Assembly: GCA_047495785.1 (NCBI GenBank)
Contig: JBLDXI010000028.1
Location: forward strand, 1,488,001 to 1,552,000
Direction of reading: 5' to 3'
Source: Lepidodermella squamata
Lineage: Eukaryota; Animalia; Gastrotricha
DNA length: 64,000 bases
The translations under genes were made by a program, and so were the position numbers. The notes below the pieces were generated by a model. The model searched no databases. It saw nothing but the letters and a program-made list of their open reading frames with translations, and was not told the origin of the DNA. Shown piece by piece: positions 22,289 through 33,973 of the stretch; within the stretch, counting starts at the first letter, position 1; each line of letters opens with the position of its first letter.

Positions 22289-23518
22289 TTAGACCCATCC
22301 CTTGTCTACTGCCACGAGATAAACACTCAAAGTGATAGTGATAAGCCCAATAGAGGCGAGACTAGCTGCAATCAAGTCTAACAATCTGCCATATGATATT
22401 TTCAGTAAATGAAGAGGGCTCGATCCAACCTTCCAACTAACCATTTTCCGCAAACTATCCTTATAACTTCGAGCCAGAGCGAGGCTAACTAAAGAATAAG
22501 TTGTGATTGCTAGCGCAAGAAGAGTGCAATTATCCGTATAGGCACTCAGCAGAATTTTCTGCGATTTCTGAGGAACCCTAGTGAGAATTTCACCCTGGAA
22601 AAAAGTGAGAGCAAGCAATATTGTGACCTGAAATACAGGTCTATCAGGTAGATTGGGCGGCATTATCAGCCCAGCAACATCCAAGCTCATTAGGACCAAT
22701 ACTGGCACAAGTAGATTGTTGATGAAGTACCATGGATTTCGTTTGAAATTCAATTGAAAGATAACCAAGCTTCGTGACCCAGCAATCTCGACGATTCCAG
22801 TTGAGTAACTGAAGGATACATATCTCCAACTCGATCCGACGCTTTGCATGAAAGCTTCATCGACTAAACTGGTATTGGAGACGGTGAACACCGAAGCATT
22901 GCAGTGTTCTTGCATTACGAAGGCAATGATACATGATTGATTGTCGAAAGGAAAAAATGCGTAATCCATAGGACAATGCGATGAAAACACCCCAATACGC
23001 TGCCAAATGAATTTGAAGGTATCGTTTTCTGCAGCATCCTTATTTGGCGTATAACTAACAAGCATGCGGCTGGTGAAACTGTCTCCTAGGCTGAAACTTA
23101 GCACAGCATTTTTGTGATGAATCTTCGGACGCCAGAAAAGACTTTCATCGATGTAGAACATTGTCGTGTCGTTCTTCCTATAGTTCGGACAGGATAAGTA
23201 CCATTCAAGGGTTAGACTTGCTGATACAACCAGAGTTTCCTCAGCATCATTGATACCGTGAAAGCGTTGAACGTTGAAAACCATGTTTATCGGCGTTACT
23301 TTACAATCATCGGGGTTTGATAACCGGCCGTCCGAACAATTTGGAGTATAAATTGCTGGGCGGAAGTGAGGGCAAGCTCGGAGAATCTCCGAGCTTCGAT
23401 CGTTGAAGAGTAGGTCGCTGGGTGCATTGGCTGCAATCAATCGGGTCAGCTCGGCACCGGGGGCAATTATTGAGCGAAAGAAAGCAGTAACAAGAGTAAC
23501 AAACACTATGAGAGTCAT
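22289..23518 (-). CDS. Divergent intronless pLGIC subunit #9
   Basis: Signal peptide starts at Met60 of the long ORF (MTLIVFVTLV); CPMDYAFFPFDNQSC; PDRPVFQVTILLALTF. Confidence 0.92.
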   Translation of the reverse strand: MTLIVFVTLVTAFFRSIIAPGAELTRLIAANAPSDLLFNDRSSEILRACPHFRPAIYTPNCSDGRLSNPDDCKVTPINMVFNVQRFHGINDAEETLVVSASLTLEWYLSCPNYRKNDTTMFYIDESLFWRPKIHHKNAVLSFSLGDSFTSRMLVSYTPNKDAAENDTFKFIWQRIGVFSSHCPMDYAFFPFDNQSCIIAFVMQEHCNASVFTVSNTSLVDEAFMQSVGSSWRYVSFSYSTGIVEIAGSRSLVIFQLNFKRNPWYFINNLLVPVLVLMSLDVAGLIMPPNLPDRPVFQVTILLALTFFQGEILTRVPQKSQKILLSAYTDNCTLLALAITTYSLVSLALARSYKDSLRKMVSWKVGSSPLHLLKISYGRLLDLIAASLASIGLITITLSVYLVAVDKGWV

Positions 23519-24885
23519 ATCTATGCGGTTGGCAGAGAGTGTTTTAGGTAATTTTAATTTTGCATTAGTCTTCGAAAACGAGGCATCTGTTTCCCTTGAG
23601 ACTTGAAGATTCATGAATATTTCATTTGTCACTGACTGGTTCGTATTTTTCATTTTTAACAGATATTTAATGGCTCTAGAGAAGCTTTCAGCCACTTAAA
23701 GGTTCAATCCGCGGTGAATCCGCGAGGGCTATAAATTTATCGGTGGTAAAAGGGGAGAGAATCATCGAAAACACACCATGAGAAGTGATGGGAATAGTTG
23801 CCCATTAAAAGGGATTGTTTGAGAGGGGGTGTATTCTGGAAACTAACCTACATTTCAAGAAGCTGGTGGATGTGATGGGCCCTGGTGGAATCGGAAATAG
23901 CAAATTGGAAAAATGAAGGAGCGTGTCTTTTCCTCTGGAAAAAAATATGGTTCAGTTACGAGTGGAATGGATGTGATTATAATTTATAATTGCTTTTCAC
24001 AAAACAATTTAACAAAATTTAACAAAATTACCTTTAGGGATTTTCAAAAGGCAATCAACCATAAAAAGGTTTCAAAACCCATGGGAAGGATGAAAAATAA
24101 GACTCGTCATCTGCAAAGCGCTAAGGGGATGAGTGAATTTGCGTATTTATTAGCCCGAAATTTCAAAGACTCGAAAAATGTATTGCAAACGATCAATTAA
24201 GCTAAGGTTCACGTGATACGAGTCTTCAGATTGTTTTTCTAAATACAAGGAGCTCTTAAAGTGGCGCACTTAGTTCCAAAGGATGATGCGAAGCAACACT
24301 CACATAATAAAAATTGCCCGCTGAAACATGTATTGTTCGAAGAGTGGGGAATGTGAGTTGGACAATTCGATAATGTACACAATTAGTAATGGTTTCAAAT
24401 TTTGAATTCAATCAGGATTGATTCCTTGTAAAATAATTGTACTAATGATAGATACTAATTATTTTCCCAATATTCTCAGCAGTATTCATTCATTTCGGGG
24501 ATTAATTCTCATTTCAGTATTCCCAAGTTCAGGCACTGCGTTGATGACACCAAGAAGGCCAATTATTACTTTTTTCTTGTCAATCCCGCGATTACATGGA
24601 ACTAACATTTTCGGTGCAAAACGTATTTCCATACCAAGGCTACTTACTACTCAACAATAACTAGCGGTGATTGATTGGCTGGGCCGTTAAATTATGCGCA
24701 GTTTCAAGTGGACGCAATCCTTGCCGCAGTCCATTGTGAGCGAGATTGAATATTTAATAGCTATTAGTCTCCTTACAGGAAAAACAATGCGACCACACGG
24801 TCTTAGAAGTAGCGTACGCAAAAAAGATGACAGCACCGCCTAATTTATTGGACGTGTTTGTTTTTACTCGTAAAATCACCCTAAA

Positions 24886-26043
24886 ATGTTGATCCTATAT
24901 TTCCTCTCAGCTTTGATACAAAATGTGCTCGCCCCACCGGCAGATCTTGGCGAAGATTTGATAACTTACTGCCCTCAGATGAAGCCGCGTCACTACACCC
25001 CAGCCTGCCAGGAGGGTCCGAATCAGGCATCTGAGATTCCATGTTACCCTACAAGAGTAGCCCTTGAATTTTCGCCTCAGCATTTTGACGCAATCGACGA
25101 TACAAGGGAAACCATTTCTTTGACCGCCCAAGTCGCTGTGTCGTGGTATGTCCCGTGCGAATCCTTCCGTCACGCAAGAAATGCTCAGTTCTACGTGGAT
25201 GATGCCATGCCATTATGGCGACCAAGAATTCACCACAGGAACTCAGTTGAGGACATATTGATGGCAAAAAACGTAGTAGGACGAACTTTGGTCTTAGCCT
25301 ATCAGCAAGATACGCATGTTCGCTTCTACTGGTCTCGAGTTGGGCTTCTTCACTCATTCTGCAGGATGGATTACGAAATGTTCCCCTTCGACCGACAAAC
25401 TTGCCCGATAACATTCTTGAATGTCGACAACATCAAAGCTACGTCCATGTTCTACGACAGTAGGAGTAAAGCTGCAGAGGATTTCATGCCGGACGGCGCG
25501 GGTTGGCTGTATGAAGGCTGGTCGATCACATCCTCCGTCGTTTACATGAGCGGAAATCGTAGTGTCATAACTTTTGAAATGAAATTCCGACGAAAACCTG
25601 AGTTTTTCATATATCAGCTAATGGTTCCGTTCTATCTTTTGACAGCCATGACTCTGGTTGGGACACTACTGCCTCCTAACGCGCTGGAACGACCTATTTT
25701 CAAAGGGATAATCCTTGTTGCAGCAACTTATTTCGACCTCGAAATTCACAGCCATGTTCCGGTGAAGCCACAGTCTGTTTTTATGACGAAGTTTGTTAAA
25801 CTGTGCATGAGCCAGGCCTGCTTAAGTACTATATACTCTGTCTTGCTTTGTGGTTTATGCAAATCTCATAATTTCTTTATATCAATACTAGCTATAAGGC
25901 TCTATCCAAGCCGTCCTAATTTAGTATTAGAGATATCAATCGGGCGAATTATTGATTTATTAGCAGTAGTTTTCCATCTCGCTGGTTTCATCTCGATTTA
26001 CATGCTTGCTAATGATACAGCAAAATCGGCTGGTTATGCATGA
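24886..26043 (+). CDS. Divergent intronless pLGIC subunit #10
   Basis: CRMDYEMFPFDRQTC; atypical M2 LERPIFKGIILVAATYF. Confidence 0.92.
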   Translation: MLILYFLSALIQNVLAPPADLGEDLITYCPQMKPRHYTPACQEGPNQASEIPCYPTRVALEFSPQHFDAIDDTRETISLTAQVAVSWYVPCESFRHARNAQFYVDDAMPLWRPRIHHRNSVEDILMAKNVVGRTLVLAYQQDTHVRFYWSRVGLLHSFCRMDYEMFPFDRQTCPITFLNVDNIKATSMFYDSRSKAAEDFMPDGAGWLYEGWSITSSVVYMSGNRSVITFEMKFRRKPEFFIYQLMVPFYLLTAMTLVGTLLPPNALERPIFKGIILVAATYFDLEIHSHVPVKPQSVFMTKFVKLCMSQACLSTIYSVLLCGLCKSHNFFISILAIRLYPSRPNLVLEISIGRIIDLLAVVFHLAGFISIYMLANDTAKSAGYA

Positions 26044-26681
26044 GTTGTTTTTGTAAGTACCAGGTGGTGATATATTTTGTATGCGTTCGAGCGTTGGTGT
26101 TTTTGATGAGTCAATAAAGCAAGATGAAGATCGGTCAATATTATTTCAAGAGACAGGCATTGCTTCCGATCACGATTCAAGCAAAATCAGGCACCCTTGC
26201 GAGACTTCCGAGAATGCCGGCGACGAATATGACTTCCGAGACTGGCTTGTTTATCACTGTTTTCCACATGCTTGAATGATAGTTTCAATGAAGAAAGCTT
26301 AGAACATGTATGTACATTGGATATCAATTTTTTGATCAAAATTGGGAATCAGCAGTGTTGGCGTATGGCGTACTCTAAGAGTCTGAATACTTTCGTCATG
26401 CTATGAAGAATGTGTTCCCGTCGGCAATACATTATGGTGTTAGTTTTCACGCATCCTCCGCGCGTGTAAGACAATGCCTGTTCAGGGTTGTCTGAGAATT
26501 TTCCGAAGATAAAATCCGATGAGCGTAAATTTCAGAAATTGGGAAGATTCCCTTAACTGGCAAATGTTTGTCCAGGACACGACGAGTTTTTGAATGTCTA
26601 AATTCGGCAATGATCACGATGATTTTTATTTAGATTTACCTATAGAACTGGAAGTTTTTAGCTGGCAGCGCATTGGCAACA

Positions 26682-26874
26682 ATATCGTTAGCGTCGTTGA
26701 ATAACTCAGATTTAGGCTTGTTTACATCATTTTCAAGGTGATAGGTGACAAGTAAAAAGTCTTTTGTTTTTGTCTCTCAATTCACCTTAAAAGCCTCTTT
26801 TTACTTGTCACCCGTGACCTTGAAAAGGATGTAAACAAGCCTAAATCTGAGTTATTCAACGACGCTAACGATAT
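26682..26874. mobile_element. MITE / foldback element with long terminal inverted repeats
   Basis: Perfect 47-nt inverted repeat atatcgttagcgtcgttgaataactcagatttaggcttgtttacatc at both ends, extending imperfectly inward (ggtgacaagtaaaaag / ctttttacttgtcacc); TA at the termini; no coding capacity. Confidence 0.8.
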
Positions 26875-27088
26875 GTTTAGGCTGCAACTTTTCATAATAG
26901 AAATATCGCTGATTTCCTGCTCACAGACTTACGTAAGGAACGAACAACAGAGTTCAGAAGCCAATGTTTGGGGAAGCTGTAACATAGAAAAACGAAGACA
27001 AGCCTGGAAACGGCGTAACTTTCCTCCAACTTCAAACTTGGCTAATTTCCCGGGATTCAAATGGTTGCGCATTCGTCTCGGGAGATGA

Positions 27089-27234
27089 TACCGTTAGCAT
27101 CGTTGAGTTACGGATTTACGCATGTTTACGCCGTTTTAAAGGTGAAAAACGAGCGTAAATTGGTTTATGCATCTTCGTTCACGTAAACACGCCCCTTTTT
27201 ATCATCAAAATGTTATTCAACGACGCTAACAATA
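27089..27234. mobile_element. Second MITE of the same TIR family
   Basis: Termini ta-ccgttagcatcgttgag and ttcaacgacgctaacaa-ta match the TIR of 26682-26874; the interior differs. Confidence 0.65.
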
Positions 27235-27686
27235 TGTCTAATCAATCTTAATAGTTTATTCCCCGTGCGTATTTGCTTGAGTGGACTGTAAGGGGTGTTC
27301 AGCATCATTGCTGGGCCTACCTTAATCGAGATCTAGACGAATTACGGAGGTGGCCCATTCAGTGCGGGGAGAACTCCTCAATCGCATTCAAGCATTCACG
27401 AACCTTAACTTCTCTCCAAACTCACGTAAATTACGCAATAGTAGTAATATCGCGCCTTAGCTTTAAATGCCAACGAAAACCTCCTTTCACCCAGCCCGAA
27501 ATGAAGTTTATTTGTTCCTGACACGTCCATTTCTTTTACTTCCTTCGTCGCATGCTCCGTTTGATAAGTATTTCCGTCTGTAGGAGGGAATCGAGAACAC
27601 GAAATTCTTTATAATCTCTCTTGTTGCTGACACTTTTGATGCATTTCATTCTACATTCTGTGATTATTGCTGTATAGGCTTTACCG

Positions 27687-30018
27687 ATGATGCGCATTTC
27701 ATACAAATACATCGTTTGCGCATACCTTATACCTCTAGCGCTTTGCTTAGAGCTCAACAAGCCTAATGGCTTGGCGATGCTAGTGTTCATTCCATTTACT
27801 GGAAATTCGCCCCGTGATGGAAGCATGTGCAGAGCAGCGATGCAAGTTGCTATAAACTCTGCCAACAATCGCTCGGATGTTTTGCCTGGCATTATGATCA
27901 ATCCTCAGTTTGAAGACGAGGGACATCTTAGTAAAAAGGTCCTTGAAACAGTCCTCGATTTCTACGGAGAGAATGACACTTACAAGTCTCCTTTGCTTGT
28001 GGGCCCATATTTTACAGTAAGATTCCTCCTACTACGTTGAGTTTTGCATTTCTTTGATAATCTATTAGGCTGGATGCAGACGACTCGGATCGATCCTACC
28101 ATACTCAAATTTGGTAGCCATAAATACGAACTGTGCTGGATCGATGGAACATTCTGGCCTGAAGCGCTATGCAAATATGTATCGGCCTCGCCCATCATCA
28201 GAGTTGGCTGCCTTTGTAACACTCCGACTGATAAAGAACATCAATCATTGGGGGAAGGTCGCAATGATCGGACGCATTGACAACTATCGAGACTTTGAAG
28301 ATCTAATCAGTACAAATCGGCTGCTGATCAACAATGGAATTCAAGTCAAGTGGCTGGAAGGAGTTGAAGAGATGATTGAAGATTGGATTTTCACATCTCT
28401 AAAACAGTCAAATTTGCGCGTTATCATTGTTCAGATAACAGTTATAGAAGAACTTATCAGATTTTTCTGCTCAAGTTACAATTTCGGTATAACTGGCCCT
28501 CACTACGCCTTTATCGTTCAGATGAGCGCGATTTTCGAGATCGACGAAGTTGCGAATAGTTCTTGTAGCCGTGATATCATCCAGAAACAAATCGAAATCA
28601 CCTACTGGGTAGGAACTAAAATCTTTGCTGTTGAGAATCATGGTGAAACGGACCTTGGTTATGATCTAACTGACTTTGAGGAAAGATTCAACGACTTAAC
28701 AAAGTCTTCTCGAAAGCCCGGTTATATCGAGCGGCATCTGTGCCATGACGCAATGCTAGAGGCTATCTTGACCCTGGATCGAGCAAACAATGCTCTGATG
28801 CGGCGAAACCTAACGATTCTGGACTACGCAAAGCAGCCGCGCTTGGTCGAGCTGATTACGAACAAAAGTGCTGGAAGTATTGAATTTCATGGCTTGAGAA
28901 ATGGCCACTACAAGTATTCACACCGCCTCGAGCTGGATGACGAACCGTTGGGTGTATTTAAGTGGAAAAACACGATCGGCTACTCGCTTCTCTACGAATT
29001 TCGCCATAACTCGAGTGATACTGACGATTTAATTTTGATTAAATTAGGTGAGCAAGATTCAGCGATCCGCGACACTCCACTAGTCATCCTGCTTCCTTTG
29101 GATACCGTCATCAGTCGACGCATTTCGGAAATATTCGGGGCGATATTCATTCTTCTTAACTTTTCAATGATTTTGCTTCTCGCGAAGACGGAGACGGGAA
29201 TTAAAAAGTTCAGCGAATGCTTGCTCCTGCTTAATTTCATCGTCTTAAATGTTTCTGCGATTCTACTGGTTGAAATTGAATCTGAGAGTGCTCCCGGGTC
29301 TGTAATCTGTATATCAGTGAACATCTCAGCAGTTCTAAGTTTGAGTTATATCAATGGCGTGATTCTGTCGCAATTGATTGTTATTCGAAGGACATTGCGG
29401 CCGAAATATATGTTACGGCCAATAACTCCACAGATCTTATGCCGACAAGCCACGCCCAAGTTTGGATATCGAGGCGTTCCGTTAAATTTCACAGAGGTGA
29501 CTGATCGAGACAAGCGAACGGCTTTGATATTCAGCTTTGGAAGTTTAGCGATCGTCATAATATCGCTGATTTCGCTGCATATTGTCGAGCCTATCACCGC
29601 CGATATCCGATTATTGGAAACGGCCTACAACGCAACAGCTGACTCATTTATAACAAAATATTTCACTACTTGTTCCAGTGACAGTTCTATTTTTTTAATT
29701 TTACTCGCTGCTGGCAACGGGCTGGCCTTACTGTTTTCCTTGTTAATAGCGTTCTCGATTAACAGAAAACATGACTCAGGAAGTATTACTTCAGCAGCGA
29801 AACCGTTTATTTATGCAGCTATCAGCAGCTCGTCTTGGTATTTTGCTTTCGTTTTCGTTGAATTTATGATAGCTGGGACGTCATATGAATTCATAATTCT
29901 ATCACCTATGCTTCTTTGCTACTCTCAAATTTCTTGCTGCTTACTGCTATGGCAACATCAAATTCGGTTTTTCAAGATATTGAAATCAATTATACAAAGG
30001 CTATTTTGTGTGGGATGA
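27687..30018 (+). CDS. Class C GPCR, GABA-B receptor-like, divergent subtype, 2 exons
   Basis: Exon 1 27687-28016, 52-nt intron 28017-28068, exon 2 28069-30018 in frame (GPYFT|AGCRRL). ANNRSDVLPG VFT motif, RHLCHDA motif shared with the other three GPCRs, 7 hydrophobic helices. Confidence 0.88.
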
Positions 30019-30273
30019 TGCTAGGAAATGCCATTCGCCGCTGATTGGTGAAACGTTCAGATTAATAAACATGTATTACATGAAGCCTTTCGAAGCGCTC
30101 TGCGGCAGAAAAAATGCGGCAGAAAAAAGAAGAATTCACTCGGAAATGCCTTGAAAGACGGTTGAAATCTGCGTCTAACGCCTCCATGTGTCTGTTTTTT
30201 TTTATGACAAGCCCACCTTCTAAAAAATCGCATAATCCCCCATGGGGAAAACTTTTTCCATCTGACCTATGTC

Positions 30274-30573
30274 TTTTTTTATCCGACCAATGTCTTATTT
30301 CATCCGACAACCCAAAATGTGACTAAAACTTGCCGACTTGCTTTTTCATATTTTCAAAAAATGTCAGTAAAGAAGTGACTACTCGGATCACCATAAATCT
30401 TTCACTATAAAATTCTGCCAGTTCAGGGGCCAAATTAGGGCGCATAAAAGGTGTAAGCTCCTACGGAAAAATCGAACTCGGGAAATTCGAGAAAATCGAT
30501 ATTTTCATGTCGGATGATTTTAGTCACATTTTTGGCTGTCGGATGAAATAAGACATTGGTCGGAATAAAAAAG
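30274..30573. mobile_element. MITE-like element with ~55-nt inverted arms
   Basis: tccgaccaatgtcttatttcatccgaca..aaaatgtgactaaaa (about 30274-30328) is inverted at about 30518-30573. Confidence 0.7.
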
Positions 30574-31110
30574 TCACACCCAATTCCTTGATTGCCACCG
30601 CGGACGTTGAGCTGAAAATATTTTACATTTTACAAGCTTTAGCCGCCGAAAAACTTGTGTCCAATTGCATAGGTAATATATAGGTCACCAATCAACAAGT
30701 AACAAGAAAAATTCTAAACGATGTCGTGAGTCTTGAAACACAAGTAATCATATTCCTGCAGTAATGGCAAAATTTCGGATTTATTACTTAGCGACCATCC
30801 ACCCGAAGGTGCTCTCGGTCCGGATGTCAGAGTCACATAAAACATTATAAAATTGACAGTGCACAGATCGGTAGATAATATAAAATAATATTGTTTTTTA
30901 TTTTAATATATTATTTAATTAAATAATATAGTAATAAAACATAGTCAATTATTATGCCATGTTCGCATTCGTTATTTCTCTATATGATATTCAGGGCCAT
31001 GAGTGGCAGATCGATTCAGTCACGATGCCTGGCCAAGTCTTCATGTTCCACTGACAGATTTTCGGCGTATTAACAAATATCAAATATAATGCTTGCGCTT
31101 AGTTTTACGT

Positions 31111-31503
31111 AGAACAGGAGAGAAGGGTGGATCTTGGACCCTACCATCCGCTTCGAAAAAAGCCCAAATCAAGCCGTGGAAGTCGACAAAGAAAAACGGG
31201 CACACTACGAGCCTTGCGCAGAATACTTCAAGGAAAGATACAATCTAACTTCCCTCGAAGTAATCGGTCTCTTCGTTGGAGCCCGTGGTACCATCACCAA
31301 GTTCTTCCGCGACTTCGCAAAACGTCTCGAACTACCGCAGTCACTCATGTGCGACATCGTCATTTCAACGATAAAAGACTTATGCAAAATCATAAATAAT
31401 CATTTGTACAGAAAGAATTAGTTAAATGTAAATACCCGCGTCTATAGGCAAACTGTTACTTAGTATCAGTCGGATCATTGTTTTTACAATAAACTACTAC
31501 TAT
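31111..31503 (+). mobile_element. 5'-truncated non-LTR retrotransposon fragment (restriction-like endonuclease C-terminus, 3'UTR and tail)
   Basis: GWILDPTIRFE...EVDKEKRAHYEPC...IGLFVGARGTI resembles the C-terminal RLE domain of R2/R4/NeSL-type elements; followed by a short UTR, AATAAA and an (ACT)n tail. Confidence 0.7.
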
Positions 31504-31721
31504 GGTCAATATTTGTATTAATACAGTCGGACCTCGATGTAGTACTTTTCGGCCGGTCCCTTTTCTGAGCTAACAAGTTAATGTTGGCTCGCAAGTGTAA
31601 ACATTTTGCCAAGGTGCATTTTTTTCTTGCCCCCGGTGAAAGTGAGGTCTTTCTCCTTTCCGGTTTTGTGATGCTCTGAAGTCATCCAGGCTGTCAAATT
31701 TGTTAAGGTTTTGCATTGAAA

Positions 31722-32696
31722 ATGAATGTTACGGCTAATTTCATTTTAATTTTAATTATGGTCAACTATTGTCATGCTCGAAATGTGCCGCCAAGCTCAA
31801 TGAGGCGAGCCCTTGAGATCCTCGACAATTGTCCTCAATTCTCCCCAGAGTCTTACTCCCCGACTTGTCCTTTTGGAAGGATAAGCGGTAAATGCGATGT
31901 AACTGAGGTTGGGATGTATTTCAGCGCCGATCAGCTGAGAACTGTTGACGATATCGAAGAAACCTTTGTCATTTTCGGAACACTGCAGCTCTATTGGTAC
32001 ACCGATTGTATTGATTATATCTCCAACAGATCGATGAAATTCTACGTGGATGAGGACGTGATTTGGAGGCCGAGGATTAACCACCAGAATTCGCCCCTCA
32101 ACACCGACATGTCAACCGGTTTCTCAACCCGTATGGTAGTTAAAATCGAGAACTCTTCATTCGCATTTCAATTCGGAATCACAGGATCCTTTGTATCAAC
32201 TTGCGATATGAACTTACGATGGCTCCCAATCGATGTCCAACGCTGCGAGGTCAAATTCATGCTACAGGAGAATCGCAACGCTGCCGTGTTCAAGCTAGAC
32301 AACGTAAGTATGTTTCTCTCGGGATCTTTCGAATCTGACATGTGGCGGCTGGTAACACGTGAAGTGTGGATGGGGTTTAGGGAGTCAGGCGATTCGATTA
32401 GATCGGCTGCTACTTTCACAATATCAATTCAAAGTGTCCCCCTGACTCCTCAGAGGATTTTCCTAAGTGATTTCATTGATATGAACGCCTATTACTCTCT
32501 AAGTCTGAACGTTTACTTTCTGATCTCTCATGGCATTTCAGAAGCACATTATGATTACTTCAAGCAAACATTTGGCCCCTCGAAAATGCAGATATCTATG
32601 AAAAGAATATTTGACGCCATTGTTTTCACGCCAGCCGCGGTAGTTTTTATTGGGATCAATGCTTATGCGTACGGAGTGGTGTTTAAACTTCTATGA
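31722..32696 (+). CDS. pLGIC subunit #11 with in-frame deletion of pre-M1, M1 and M2 (2-TM variant or pseudogene)
   Basis: Intact signal peptide, family Cys motif, Cys-loop CDMNLRWLPIDVQRC; the beta10 strand AATFTISI joins directly to the M2-M3 loop QSVPLTPQRIFL; about 60 aa shorter than paralogs; no stops. Confidence 0.8.
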   Translation: MNVTANFILILIMVNYCHARNVPPSSMRRALEILDNCPQFSPESYSPTCPFGRISGKCDVTEVGMYFSADQLRTVDDIEETFVIFGTLQLYWYTDCIDYISNRSMKFYVDEDVIWRPRINHQNSPLNTDMSTGFSTRMVVKIENSSFAFQFGITGSFVSTCDMNLRWLPIDVQRCEVKFMLQENRNAAVFKLDNVSMFLSGSFESDMWRLVTREVWMGFRESGDSIRSAATFTISIQSVPLTPQRIFLSDFIDMNAYYSLSLNVYFLISHGISEAHYDYFKQTFGPSKMQISMKRIFDAIVFTPAAVVFIGINAYAYGVVFKLL

Positions 32697-33183
32697 ATCT
32701 ATTATGATCCGTTAATAATTATCGTCGGTGTATCTTTTTTATTCTTATAATAAAGTCAAGTTTATCTATAATCGGGTTATGAAGGCTAGGTCTGGTTTGG
32801 AATGAATCTTATTTTGTTCAAGTTTATATTTGGTTCAGATATTTTGATTTTGATTTAGTTTCATTCGCTTATTCGCATAAGCAATTGTTTTAATTGAATT
32901 TTGCATCTATCGATTCATCATAATCACAGCCCTCAAGCAATTATGAATTTTTGCCATGGTTGAACTCATTCCAGGAAGGCGGCTTCCATCATGAATAAAA
33001 ACCATTGTTTAGAAGAAGGTTCTACACGTTTCAGAAACTTTTCCATCACCATAGCGTCGACGGCCTTGTTTTTCAGACAACGCCGGCGATGAAAAAAATG
33101 TTCACGTGCTGCTACAGGCTAGCTGCGGTTTAGAAACAGCCGTGTATCCATTCTCAAGCTTTTTTATCTAAGATTGTGGAGCC

Positions 33184-33834
33184 ATGAAATTAGCTGGCTT
33201 GGTTTTATTGCTTGGCTACTGCCTAACATTTGTTTACGGCCAATCTAGCAGACGTCAGCTCCCTCTTCAACCGGACTTCGACGTCACTCGATACCTTGGG
33301 AAATGGTACCAAATCTACCGACCTGTTTCGGCCACATTTGAGAAGGGAACCGATTCTTACGAGGAATACTCTGCCAATGCAAACGGAACTGTAACCTACG
33401 TCCACGGTGAATGGTGGCCGACTGAGAAAAAGTGGAGTATCACCAGAACATTAGCCCGCGTCGCCGATTCGAAGGAACCAGCTCAGTGGGTTGTGAAATT
33501 CCCTATCGACAACCAGACTTTTATTGATGACGACTACCGCGTGATTTATACCGACTACGACAATGTGGCTGTCATCTTCAGTGGTATGCAATACAATGGA
33601 AAGGATGTCAAGAATGGTTGGATCTTCGCTAGGAAGAAGACACTGCCCGATTTGGTGATAGATATGGCCCAGACGCTTCTTCTCAATCGGGGAATCAATA
33701 AGACGGAGTACGTCAAGACAATTCATGGCGTTGCCCCGGTCGCCACTTATTGGGTCCAGCCCGTTGTACCAGTCTATCAGGTTTATTACCCGCAACGAAG
33801 CTTTTCCTTCTGGAACAACTGGCCTTTCTTCTGA
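33184..33834 (+). CDS. Secreted lipocalin (apolipoprotein D-like)
   Basis: Signal peptide; SCR1 FDVTRYLGKWYQI, SCR2 YTDYDNVAV, SCR3 WIFARK; intronless. Confidence 0.9.
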   Translation: MKLAGLVLLLGYCLTFVYGQSSRRQLPLQPDFDVTRYLGKWYQIYRPVSATFEKGTDSYEEYSANANGTVTYVHGEWWPTEKKWSITRTLARVADSKEPAQWVVKFPIDNQTFIDDDYRVIYTDYDNVAVIFSGMQYNGKDVKNGWIFARKKTLPDLVIDMAQTLLLNRGINKTEYVKTIHGVAPVATYWVQPVVPVYQVYYPQRSFSFWNNWPFF

Positions 33835-33973
33835 AACTTTAAAATTATTCATTCAGAACTCAAATTAAACTACTTAACAAGCAAATGTTTCATGCGCTAT
33901 AGGTACTGCCCTGTGCCATTTTTCTCCTTCTTTTACTTATAAATATGTGCAGTGATTGCAGTTTATGCCCGAT

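Noticed and set aside
23519-23695. 59-aa N-terminal extension of ORF 22289-23695
   Set aside because: Starts at a non-ATG codon, is hydrophilic and is absent from paralogs; Met 23518 gives a normal signal peptide
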